Below are positions 50,185 to 58,751 of a stretch of 64,000 nt of DNA, piece by piece. This DNA is from an uncultured Clostridia bacterium. GTDB lineage: Bacteria; Bacillota; Clostridia; Oscillospirales; CAG-272. Each line of letters begins with the position of its first letter. Within the stretch, counting starts at the first letter, position 1. Under the pieces are notes generated by a model. That model had not been told where the DNA came from. It saw nothing but the letters and a program-made list of their open reading frames with translations, and ran no database searches. The position numbers and the translations under genes were made by a program. The DNA lies in contig CALWQR010000001.1 in assembly GCA_944383705.1 (NCBI GenBank), forward strand, positions 18,718 to 82,717. The letters run 5' to 3'.

Positions 50185-50278
50185 ATGCAATCGCTATCCT
50201 TTCCCGATGGCAGACGCGGCGCAGGCCCCGCCGCAGGACCGTGCAGGGGCGGAATCTGCCGCAATCTGCGCTTTTTTA

Positions 50279-50307
50279 TTGACAACGCATGGACCATCTG
50301 TTATAAT
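50279..50307 (+). promoter_or_regulatory. Perfect consensus promoter (TTGACA-17-TATAAT) of the second AraC gene
   Basis: TTGACA at 50279-50284 and TATAAT at 50302-50307. Confidence 0.65.
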
Positions 50308-50353
50308 ATAGAGTGAATCCGCCCCCGGCGGGTCCGCCGAAAGGAGGCAGCCC

Positions 50354-51241
50354 ATGTCACACGAAAAAATCCTGCGCATGGACCATCTGTGCGTTGCGCG
50401 CCGCACCCTGCCCGCCGTCCGGTTCCTGATGTGCGGCGTCACCTATCCCAACAAGGGCTATGCCATCAACCGGCCGTCCTCGTCGGTCTCCTGCATCGAA
50501 TATGTGACCGGCGGCGTGGGACATGTGCGCATAGACGGACAGGAGCTGACCCTGCGCGCCGGGGATACCTACTATCTGCCCCAGGGACACAACCACTGCT
50601 ATTGGTCGGACCGGCAGGAGCCGTGGGAGAAGATCTGGGTGAACTTCCGCGGCGCCTACGCGGACGGACTGGCCGCCCTGTGCGGCGTTGGCGGCATATA
50701 CCGCTACCAGGGGCTGGATACCTCCGACCTGCTGCTACGCTTCCAGTACTACGCGACGCACCGCGAGCCGGAATACGCGGCCGAGCAGTGCGTGGCGCTG
50801 CTGGCACAGCTGTTCTACCGCATGGCCTGCCGGGTCAGCACGCCGCTGCAGGAGCCGCAGACCCCTGTGCGCAAGATGCTGCTGTACCTGGAGCAGCACG
50901 CCACCGAGCCGATTACGCTGGAGAAGATTGCCGCTGCCTGCGGCAAATCTCCCTCGCAGGCCGAGCGGCTCTTCCGCCGGGAGACCGGCTCCCCGCTCTA
51001 CCGCTACGCGCTGGACCGCAAGATTGCCATTGCCCGCCAGCTGCTGACCGAAACCGGCATGTCGGTGCGGGAGATTGCCGACTACCTCTCGTTCAGCGAC
51101 GAGTTCTACTTTTCCGGCCTCTTCCGCCGGAAGGTGGGCATGTCCCCCACCGGTTACCGCGAAAGCGGCGGAGCCGGCGCGGCGCCGCCCGACAGCACGC
51201 CGCAGGAGGACGGGCCCGGCAACGAGAGGCCCGGCGGCTGA
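50354..51241 (+). CDS. AraC family transcriptional regulator (cupin + HTH)
   Basis: AAAGGAGG RBS. The C-terminus LEKIAAACGKSPSQAERLFRRETGSPLYRYALDRKIAIARQLLTETGMSVREIADYLSFSDEFYFSGLFRRKVGMSPTGYR is an AraC HTH. Confidence 0.8.
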   Translation: MSHEKILRMDHLCVARRTLPAVRFLMCGVTYPNKGYAINRPSSSVSCIEYVTGGVGHVRIDGQELTLRAGDTYYLPQGHNHCYWSDRQEPWEKIWVNFRGAYADGLAALCGVGGIYRYQGLDTSDLLLRFQYYATHREPEYAAEQCVALLAQLFYRMACRVSTPLQEPQTPVRKMLLYLEQHATEPITLEKIAAACGKSPSQAERLFRRETGSPLYRYALDRKIAIARQLLTETGMSVREIADYLSFSDEFYFSGLFRRKVGMSPTGYRESGGAGAAPPDSTPQEDGPGNERPGG

Positions 51242-51373
51242 GGCGTCCTCTCTTTGTCACTATATCCAGTTTGCCCCGGTTTTATACCGGAATCGCGCAG
51301 GATTCCGGGCCGGGCCGCGCCGGCTCCGGCCCCTTGCCGTGCGGCGCAGCATCCGTCCGAAAGGAGACCTACG

Positions 51374-52603
51374 ATGAAATCCCTTCGTCCGTATATCCGC
51401 AATGCCGAGCTGCCCGCCTTTTTCGCGGTTGTCAGCGTCGCCGGCTTTCTGATGCGCTGGCTGAGCTTCGGGTTTGAATCGATGGACTACACCTACTTTC
51501 TCTCGCGCTGGTATGAGGAGGTGGAGGCGCTGGGCGGCTTCCCGGCCGTTGGGACCGTGGTGGGCAACTACACCCCAGCATACATGCTGCTGATGGCCGC
51601 CATGACCTACCTGCCCCTGCCCCCGCTGTATGCCATCAAGCTGGTTTCGGTGGCGGCCGATTACCTGCTGGCGGTGTATGTGGGGCTGCTGGTCCGCCGC
51701 CTTTCCGGATCCGACGTCACGGGGCTGACGACCTACACGGCAGCGCTCTTCCTGCCGGCCGTTTTCCTCAACAGCGCCGTGTGGGGGCAGTGCGACAGCA
51801 TATACGTGGCCTTTCTGGTGATGTGCCTGTACTACCTGATGCAGGAGAGGAGCGTTGCCTCGATGGTCTGCTTCGGCGCGGCCTTTGCCTTCAAGCTGCA
51901 GTCGGTGTTCTTTCTGCCGGTGGTGATTCTGGCGGCGCTCAAGGGCAAAATCCGGTGGTGGTCCCCGGCGGCGGCCGTGCTGGTGTTTTTTGCCTCCGGC
52001 CTGCCGGCGATTCTGGCCGGGATGTCGTTTGCCGATGCATACGGGGTATACATTCAGCAGGCCGGGCAGTACTCCGAGCTCTCGCTGAACGCCCCCAACT
52101 TTTACATTGTCCTGGACCGCATGGTCAGCGCCGCGGCCTGCGATGCGGGCTTTGCGGCCTCGCTGGTGTGTTTCGCCTTCGGGGCGGTGGGCTGCACGAT
52201 GCTGCCGCTCTACAGAAAGCGCTACGACACGGGAGACGACCGCCTCTGGCTGACCATGGCCGCCTTTTTCGCCGCCTTTATGCCCTATGTGCTGCCGCAT
52301 ATGCACGAGCGCTACTGGTATCTTTCGGATATCCTGGCGCTGGTCCTGCTGTTTGTGTTCCCGAAGCGGTGGTACATGTCGCTGGCGGTGATGCTGCCGT
52401 CGCTGTACGCCGTGTGCTGCTATCTGTTTGGCAGCGACCGCGGAAAGCTGCCCCTGATGGCGCTGCTGATGCTGGCCGGCATCTGCCTGCTGGGGCTGCA
52501 GCTACTGCGGCTGGTGCGCGCGGCAAAGCCCCTGCCGGATCCCCCGATACCGGACACAGAAGCACGGAATACAGAAGACTCGAACACAGGAGAACCGATA
52601 TGA
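51374..52603 (+). CDS. Polytopic membrane glycosyltransferase-like protein (GT-C fold, mannosyltransferase/DUF2029-like)
   Basis: AAGGAG RBS before ATG 51374. At least 9 hydrophobic segments. An early loop with D/E (ESMDYTYFLSRWYEE) is typical of GT-C enzymes. The family call is tentative. Confidence 0.55.
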   Translation: MKSLRPYIRNAELPAFFAVVSVAGFLMRWLSFGFESMDYTYFLSRWYEEVEALGGFPAVGTVVGNYTPAYMLLMAAMTYLPLPPLYAIKLVSVAADYLLAVYVGLLVRRLSGSDVTGLTTYTAALFLPAVFLNSAVWGQCDSIYVAFLVMCLYYLMQERSVASMVCFGAAFAFKLQSVFFLPVVILAALKGKIRWWSPAAAVLVFFASGLPAILAGMSFADAYGVYIQQAGQYSELSLNAPNFYIVLDRMVSAAACDAGFAASLVCFAFGAVGCTMLPLYRKRYDTGDDRLWLTMAAFFAAFMPYVLPHMHERYWYLSDILALVLLFVFPKRWYMSLAVMLPSLYAVCCYLFGSDRGKLPLMALLMLAGICLLGLQLLRLVRAAKPLPDPPIPDTEARNTEDSNTGEPI

Positions 52604-53397
52604 ACCGTCAATCCCCCTCCCTGCCGCTGCGCAGGGGCGACACCATCCGCATTCTGGCCGTTGGCAACAGCTTCAGCGTGGACGCCATGGAATACCTCTT
52701 TCCGCTCTGCCGTGCGGGCGGAATGCGGGTTGTGCTTGGCAACCTCTACATCGGCGGGTGCAGCCTGGATACCCACTGGAAGAACATTCAGGGCTGCCTG
52801 CCCGCCTACACCTATTTCAAAAACACGGACGGAGAGTGGCTAAGCACGCCCGATGTAAGCGTCCGGCAGGCGCTGGCGGAGGAGCCGTGGGATGTGATAA
52901 CCATGCAGCAGGCCAGCGGCAGCAGCGGACTTCCCCAGACCTACACGCATTTGCGGGATGTATACGATTTTCTGCAGATCAACAAAACCAATCCGGCCGC
53001 CGAAATCTGGTGGCATATGACCTGGAGCTATCAGCAGGACAGCACGCACAAGGAGTTTTCCAACTACGGCTGCAGGCAGGCAGCCATGTACCGCGCGATT
53101 GTGCATACGGTGCGGGACACGGTTCTGCCGGCACGCCCCTTCTCCGGGCTGATCCCCTCCGGCACGGCCATTCAGAACCTGCGCGGAGAGGTCGGCGATG
53201 TGCTGACGCGCGACGGCTTTCACCTGAGCTATGGTCTTGGCCGCTATACCGCGGCGCTGACCTGGTTCGCCGCGCTGGGCGGAGACCCGGACGCGGCGGA
53301 ATGGGTTCCCGCAGCGTACCCGGAGCTGAAAGCCGCGCTTCCGCGCATCCGGGCTGCGGTCAGAGCGGCCTGCCGGAGCCCTCTGGCTACCATCTGA
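52600..53397 (+). CDS. DUF4886-like SGNH-fold hydrolase
   Basis: ATGA overlap with the upstream gene. ILAVGNSFSVDAMEYL and DGFHLS motifs. Confidence 0.6.
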   Translation: MNRQSPSLPLRRGDTIRILAVGNSFSVDAMEYLFPLCRAGGMRVVLGNLYIGGCSLDTHWKNIQGCLPAYTYFKNTDGEWLSTPDVSVRQALAEEPWDVITMQQASGSSGLPQTYTHLRDVYDFLQINKTNPAAEIWWHMTWSYQQDSTHKEFSNYGCRQAAMYRAIVHTVRDTVLPARPFSGLIPSGTAIQNLRGEVGDVLTRDGFHLSYGLGRYTAALTWFAALGGDPDAAEWVPAAYPELKAALPRIRAAVRAACRSPLATI

Positions 53398-53504
53398 ACC
53401 GTTCGGAAACAGTTGCCCTCCTCCGGATGGGCGAAACGGCAATTTGCATTTACACGATTGATTGGCAGCGCTTGCGTCGCCGCATCATCGGAAAGGATAA
53501 ACAG

Positions 53505-54239
53505 ATGAAAAGACCATTCATCAAGTTTCTGTTATGGACATTCGGCATCACCTACGCTTGCTGGGGCGGCTTGGCCATCCTCATTCAAACCGGCGTTTTG
53601 TATTTTACCCATCCGGTTGCCGTTGTCCTGCACCTGCTGGGAGGCTTCGGCCCTCCAGCTGCCGCACTGTTGGCTTGCCGGGAGATGCGTTCCCCAAAAA
53701 TCCTGCTGCGTATGATGTTCGGCTGTAATCGGAAATATCTCGGATATTTTATCCTGTTCTGCATTTTGGAAATTGCAGTGGTCGGATTTTCCTCGATGGA
53801 ACCGAACCCACAGATGCCGCTGTATCTTGTACCGGTTGTTTTTCTGCAGGCAGCTCTGATTTACGGCGGCAATGAAGAACTGGGGTGGCGCGGCACGATG
53901 CAGCCGATGCTGGAAAAGAAAATGCCTTTCTGGCTGGCAGCACTCGTCACCGGTCTGGTATGGGCGGCCTGGCACATCCCGTTGTGGTTTGTGGATGGGG
54001 CATCGCAGCAAAGCATCCCGTTTGTTTGGTTTGCCGCCTTGGCGGTGCTGCAAAGCTACTGGTATGCTTCCATTTACAAAAGGACACAATGTGTGTTCTG
54101 CTGCAATCTGATTCATGGGCTTACCAACACGCTGCTCTCATTATTTGTCATCAAAATCAATGTCGCTTTGATCGTTGGCTTTCTGTTGATGACCGCGTGT
54201 TCCATCTATATGTGGTATTCGCCGAAAAGCACCACATAG
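53505..54239 (+). CDS. CPBP-family intramembrane glutamic endopeptidase (CAAX protease-like)
   Basis: EELGWRG motif, AAWHIPLW, and HGLTN (HxxxN). Polytopic. Noticeably lower GC than its neighbours. Confidence 0.75.
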   Translation: MKRPFIKFLLWTFGITYACWGGLAILIQTGVLYFTHPVAVVLHLLGGFGPPAAALLACREMRSPKILLRMMFGCNRKYLGYFILFCILEIAVVGFSSMEPNPQMPLYLVPVVFLQAALIYGGNEELGWRGTMQPMLEKKMPFWLAALVTGLVWAAWHIPLWFVDGASQQSIPFVWFAALAVLQSYWYASIYKRTQCVFCCNLIHGLTNTLLSLFVIKINVALIVGFLLMTACSIYMWYSPKSTT

Positions 54240-54484
54240 AGACAGCCTTCCGCGGCAGGCTGTCCTGCCGGCCTTGTTTGCCTGCAAGCCGCTCTCAATT
54301 CGTGCGGATGCTGACAGGCAGACCTCTCCTCATACAAAACCGAATCACTTTCCCGAACAGCAATCGGCCGAAGGCTCCCAAGCTGCCCCCGCCGATTGCT
54401 GTCTGTTGATTCATCGGAATCGTGCCTCTTTCATCTTCTGCTGTTCTCTGTCGGCTCCCCAAGCAGCCAGCGCTTCCCTGTTCC

Positions 54485-54829
54485 TTACCGCACCGGTGTG
54501 TAGTTCAGCTCGGCCTCCTCTTCGGTGGCCTCCAGCTTCATAATCACCGGGCGCAGTCCGTCGTTGCAGCTGCATATCGCCACGCCGGGCTTGCAGATCC
54601 AGTCCCCGTAATAAAACAGGCCCTCCCCGGCGCCGTGTGCCAGCGCGAACACATATTGGTATATCGCCTTCCAAGCCTCGTCGCAAAAGCCCTCCGGCTT
54701 GGCATAATCGGCATAAAAGACCTGCCCCTCGCGCATCATCGGGCATGGTCCCAGTCCCGGTACGCCGTATTCGGACGCCAGCTCCTGATTCAGCGTGGTT
54801 TGCAGAACGGTGATTTTGACTTTTTTCAT
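54485..54829 (-). CDS. TIGR04076-like small protein
   Basis: MKKVKITVLQTT..GLGPCPMMREGQVFYAD. AGGAGG RBS before ATG 54829. The family call is from memory of the CP..GQ.F pattern only. Confidence 0.5.
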   Translation of the reverse strand: MKKVKITVLQTTLNQELASEYGVPGLGPCPMMREGQVFYADYAKPEGFCDEAWKAIYQYVFALAHGAGEGLFYYGDWICKPGVAICSCNDGLRPVIMKLEATEEEAELNYTPVR

Positions 54830-55027
54830 ATCGATCCTCCTGTGCCTGATCGGGTCAGTTTTTGTTGTTCGGCCGGCAAAACGAGAGCGGCGCTTCCACG
54901 GCCTCCCATCCCTGCATTTGCCTTCAGACAAGTCCCCAAGGGGGCGTTTCCCGATCGGAAACGCCCCCTTGCTTTTTGCCCGTACATCGGGAGGGACGTG
55001 TCCTCACCCCGGATGTCCGTGTAATGA

Positions 55028-58000
55028 TTATTCGTAGAGCTTGCCCATCTTGAGCAGTCTCTGATATCTTGCCTTGGCGTTGGCGTCGGCCTTGGCAAAG
55101 AGCTCCTCGGCTCTCTGCGGGAAGGACTGCGCCAGGCGGGCATAGCGGGTCTCGGACTTGATGAAGTCGACATAGTCGGCCGTCGGCTCCTTGGAGTCGA
55201 TGGTCAGCTTGTTGTGCTCCAGCATCGGGTTGTAGCGGAACATCTGCCAGTATCCGGCCTCCACAGCCTTCTTCATTTCAATCTGGCAGTTCTGCATACC
55301 GCCCTTCAGGCCGTGCATCTCGCAGGGCGCGTAGCCGATGATCAGCGACGGGCCGTGATAAGCCTCGGCCTCCTTGAGGGCCTTGAGCAGCTGGTTCATA
55401 TCGGCGCCCATGGCCACCTGCGCCACGTAGACGTAGCCGTAGGACATGGCGATCTCGGCCAGATTCTTCTTGCCAATCGACTTGCCGGCAGCGGCGAACT
55501 GCGCCACCTGGCCGATGTTGGAGGCCTTGGAGGCCTGCCCGCCGGTGTTGGAGTACACCTCGGTGTCAAAGACGAAGACGTTCACATCCTCGCCGGACGC
55601 CAGCACATGGTCCAGACCGCCAAAGCCGATGTCGTAGGCCCAGCCGTCGCCGCCGAAAATCCAGACCGACTTCTTGGAGAGGTAGTCCTTCTCGGCCAGA
55701 ATCTTCTTGCCCAGCTCGCAGCCGCAACTCTCCAGCATGGCAACCAGCGCCTTGGTGGCCGGGGTGTTCTTCTCGCCGTCGTCAACCGTGTTGAGGTATT
55801 CGTCAATCACGGCCTTCTTGTCGGCGTCGGTCACCTGTGCGGCCAGCTCTCTGACATAACCGATGAGGCGGTTGCGGATGGTCTTCTGGCCCAGCGCAAT
55901 GCCCAGGCCGTGCTCGGCGTTGTCCTCAAACAGCGAGTTGGCCCATGCCGGCCCGTATCCGGTCTCCTTGTTGACCGTATAGGGCGTTGCGGGAGCCGAG
56001 CCGCCCCAGATCGAGGAGCAGCCGGTGGCGTTGGAGATATACATCCGCTCGCCGAACAGCTGGGTGACCAGGCGCGCATAGGAGGTCTCGGCGCAGCCCG
56101 CGCAGGAGCCCGAGAACTCAAGCAGCGGCTGCTTGAACTGGCTGCCCTTGACCGTGCCGTTGATCAGCTCCTTCTTCTCGGAGACGTTGGCAACCGCATA
56201 GTCGAACACCTCCTGCTGTCCCAGCTGGCTCTCCTGCGAGGCCATGGCCAGCGCGGCCTTTTCGGGCTTGCCCTCCTTGGTGGCCTTGGCGGTCACCGGA
56301 CATGCCTTGACACAGAGCGTGCAGCCCATGCAGTCCAGCGGGCTGATGGCCACGGTGAACTTGTAATTGGTCTTGAGCACCGGCTTTGCGGCAAAGCGGG
56401 TGGCGGCGGGCGCCTTGGCTGCCTCCTCCTCGGTCATCGCAAACGGACGGATGGTGGCGTGCGGGCAGACAAACGCGCAGGTGTTGCACTGAATGCAGTT
56501 GGACTCGATCCAGACCGGGACGTCCACGGCCACGCCTCTCTTTTCGTAGGCCGCGGCGCCCTGCGGGAAGGTACCGTCCACATACTTGGAGAAGGCAGAG
56601 ACCGGCAGCGCGTCGCCGTTCATCACGGACACCGGACGCACCACCTCGTTGACAAAGTCCACCAGCTCCTGACGGGTTCCGGTCGCAGGCGCCTCGGGGG
56701 CCTCCTCTTCCAGCTCTGCCCAGGCGGCGGGCACGTCGATTTTGACAATCGCATCCACACCGGCGTCGATGGCCTTGTAGTTCATTTCCACCACGGCCTC
56801 GCCCTTCTTGAGGTAGGACTTCTTGGCCATGTACTTCATATATTCCACGGCCTGATCAATCGGCAGGATGTTGGCCAGCGCAAAGAAGGCCGACTGCAGA
56901 ATGGTGTTGGTGCGCTTGCCCATGCCGATCTCACGCGCCTTGTCGATGGCGTTGACGGTGTAGAACTGAATGTTGTTCCTGGCAATGTATTTTTTGACCG
57001 AGTTGGGCAGATGCCGCTCGACCTCCTCGGGCGTCCACTGGCAGTTGAGCAGGAAGATGCCGCCCGGCTTGACGTCCTGCACAATCTTGTAGCCCTTGAG
57101 AATGTAGGCGGGCACATGGCAGGCCACAAAGTTGGCCTTGGTGATATAGTAGGGCGACTTGATGGGCTTGTCTCCGAAGCGCAGATGCGAGATGGTCACG
57201 CCGCCGGTCTTCTTGGAGTCGTACTGGAAATAAGCCTGAATGAACTTGTCGGTGTGGTCGCCGATGATCTTGATGGAGTTCTTGTTGGCGCCCACCGTTC
57301 CGTCGCCGCCCAGACCCCAGAACTTGCAGGAAATGGTGCCCGCGGGGGCGGTATCGGGGGCCGGCTTCTCCTCGAGCGAGCAGCCCGAGACGTCGTCCAC
57401 AATGCCGATGGTAAAGCCGTTCTTCGGCTTCTTCTCATCCAGGTTGGCAAACACGGCGAAAATCGAGGCCGGGGTGGTATCCTTGGAGCCCAGACCGTAG
57501 CGCCCGCCGACCACGGTTGCCTTGACGCCGGTCTCGGCCAGCGCGGCCACCACATCGAGGTAGAGCGGATCGCCCAGCGCGCCCGGCTCCTTGGTACGGT
57601 CGAGCACCGCGATCTTCTTCACGGTCTTGGGCAGCGCCTCGGCCAGCTTGGCAGCCACAAACGGGCGGTAGAGGCGAACCTTGACCAGGCCCACCTTCTC
57701 GCCGGCGGCCATCATATAGTCGATGACCTCCTCCGCCACGTCGCACACCGAGCCCATGGCCACAATCACCTTTTCGGCGTCGGGCGCGCCGTAGTAGTTG
57801 AACAGCTTATAATCGGTGCCCAGCTTCTCGTTGATCTGGTTCATGTAATCCTCTACCACGGCAGGCAGCGCCTGGTAGTAGGGATTGCAGGCCTCCCGGT
57901 GCTGGAAGAAGATGTCGCCGTTCTCGGCCGAGCCGCGCAGCACGGGATGCTCGGGATTGAGCGCGCGCGCACGGAAGGCGGCAATGGCGTCCTGATCCAC

Positions 58001-58588
58001 CATTTCCTCCAGATCCTTGTAATCCCAGACCGCAATCTTCTGCACCTCGTGCGAGGTACGGAAACCGTCGAAGAAGTTGAGGAAGGGCACCCGGCCCTTG
58101 ATGGCCGAAAGATGCGCCACCGCGCCCAGGTCCATGATTTCCTGCTGGTTGGTTTCGGCCAGCATGGCAAAGCCGGTCTGGCGGCAGGCGTACACGTCGG
58201 AGTGATCGCCGAAGATGTTCAGCGCGTGAGACGCCACGCAGCGCGCCGACACGTGAATGACGCAGGGGAGCAGCTCGCCCGCGATTTTATACATATTCGG
58301 AATCATCAGCAGCAGGCCCTGAGAGGCGGTGTAGGTGGTGGTGAGCGCACCGGCGGCCAGAGAGCCGTGTACGGTGCCGGCCGCGCCGGCCTCAGACTGC
58401 ATTTCCATCACCTTGACGCTGTCGCCGAAAATATTCTTCAGTCCGGTAGCCGACCATGTATCGGTCACCTCCGCCATCGGTGAGGACGGGGTGATCGGGT
58501 AAATGGCGGCAACCTCGGTAAACGCATACGAGACATGCGCCGCGGCGGTGTTACCGTCCATGGAGAGCTTTTTTCTTTCAATTGGCAT
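55028..58588 (-). CDS. nifJ: Pyruvate:ferredoxin (flavodoxin) oxidoreductase
   Basis: 1186 aa. MDGNTAAAHVSYAFTEVAAIYPITPSSPMAE. Ferredoxin domain CIQCNTCAFVCPHA / CMGCTLCVKACP. TPP-binding GGDGWAYDIG. Confidence 0.9.
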   Translation of the reverse strand: MPIERKKLSMDGNTAAAHVSYAFTEVAAIYPITPSSPMAEVTDTWSATGLKNIFGDSVKVMEMQSEAGAAGTVHGSLAAGALTTTYTASQGLLLMIPNMYKIAGELLPCVIHVSARCVASHALNIFGDHSDVYACRQTGFAMLAETNQQEIMDLGAVAHLSAIKGRVPFLNFFDGFRTSHEVQKIAVWDYKDLEEMVDQDAIAAFRARALNPEHPVLRGSAENGDIFFQHREACNPYYQALPAVVEDYMNQINEKLGTDYKLFNYYGAPDAEKVIVAMGSVCDVAEEVIDYMMAAGEKVGLVKVRLYRPFVAAKLAEALPKTVKKIAVLDRTKEPGALGDPLYLDVVAALAETGVKATVVGGRYGLGSKDTTPASIFAVFANLDEKKPKNGFTIGIVDDVSGCSLEEKPAPDTAPAGTISCKFWGLGGDGTVGANKNSIKIIGDHTDKFIQAYFQYDSKKTGGVTISHLRFGDKPIKSPYYITKANFVACHVPAYILKGYKIVQDVKPGGIFLLNCQWTPEEVERHLPNSVKKYIARNNIQFYTVNAIDKAREIGMGKRTNTILQSAFFALANILPIDQAVEYMKYMAKKSYLKKGEAVVEMNYKAIDAGVDAIVKIDVPAAWAELEEEAPEAPATGTRQELVDFVNEVVRPVSVMNGDALPVSAFSKYVDGTFPQGAAAYEKRGVAVDVPVWIESNCIQCNTCAFVCPHATIRPFAMTEEEAAKAPAATRFAAKPVLKTNYKFTVAISPLDCMGCTLCVKACPVTAKATKEGKPEKAALAMASQESQLGQQEVFDYAVANVSEKKELINGTVKGSQFKQPLLEFSGSCAGCAETSYARLVTQLFGERMYISNATGCSSIWGGSAPATPYTVNKETGYGPAWANSLFEDNAEHGLGIALGQKTIRNRLIGYVRELAAQVTDADKKAVIDEYLNTVDDGEKNTPATKALVAMLESCGCELGKKILAEKDYLSKKSVWIFGGDGWAYDIGFGGLDHVLASGEDVNVFVFDTEVYSNTGGQASKASNIGQVAQFAAAGKSIGKKNLAEIAMSYGYVYVAQVAMGADMNQLLKALKEAEAYHGPSLIIGYAPCEMHGLKGGMQNCQIEMKKAVEAGYWQMFRYNPMLEHNKLTIDSKEPTADYVDFIKSETRYARLAQSFPQRAEELFAKADANAKARYQRLLKMGKLYE

Positions 58589-58636
58589 GAGTGAATCAAC
58601 CTCCTGTTATTTTGGTCCAAAATGACCTCACCTTAC

Positions 58637-58665
58637 ATCATATCATAAAAACCGCAGATTGTAAA
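58637..58665 (-). promoter_or_regulatory. Promoter (TTTACA-17-TATGAT) of nifJ
   Basis: Minus-strand TTTACA at 58665-58660 and TATGAT at 58642-58637. Confidence 0.5.
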
Positions 58666-58674
58666 GGGCTTTTT

Positions 58675-58717
58675 GAAAAAAATCCGGCCCGCAGAGCGAA
58701 AAATCGCGCCTGCGGGC
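58675..58717 (-). terminator. Terminator of the MarR-ABC operon
   Basis: Stem GCCCGCAG / CTGCGGGC (58687-58717), followed on the minus strand by GGATTTTTTTC. Confidence 0.65.
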
Positions 58718-58751
58718 TGCTCCGGGAGCTCTCCCGGCCGGTTTTGGCCGC

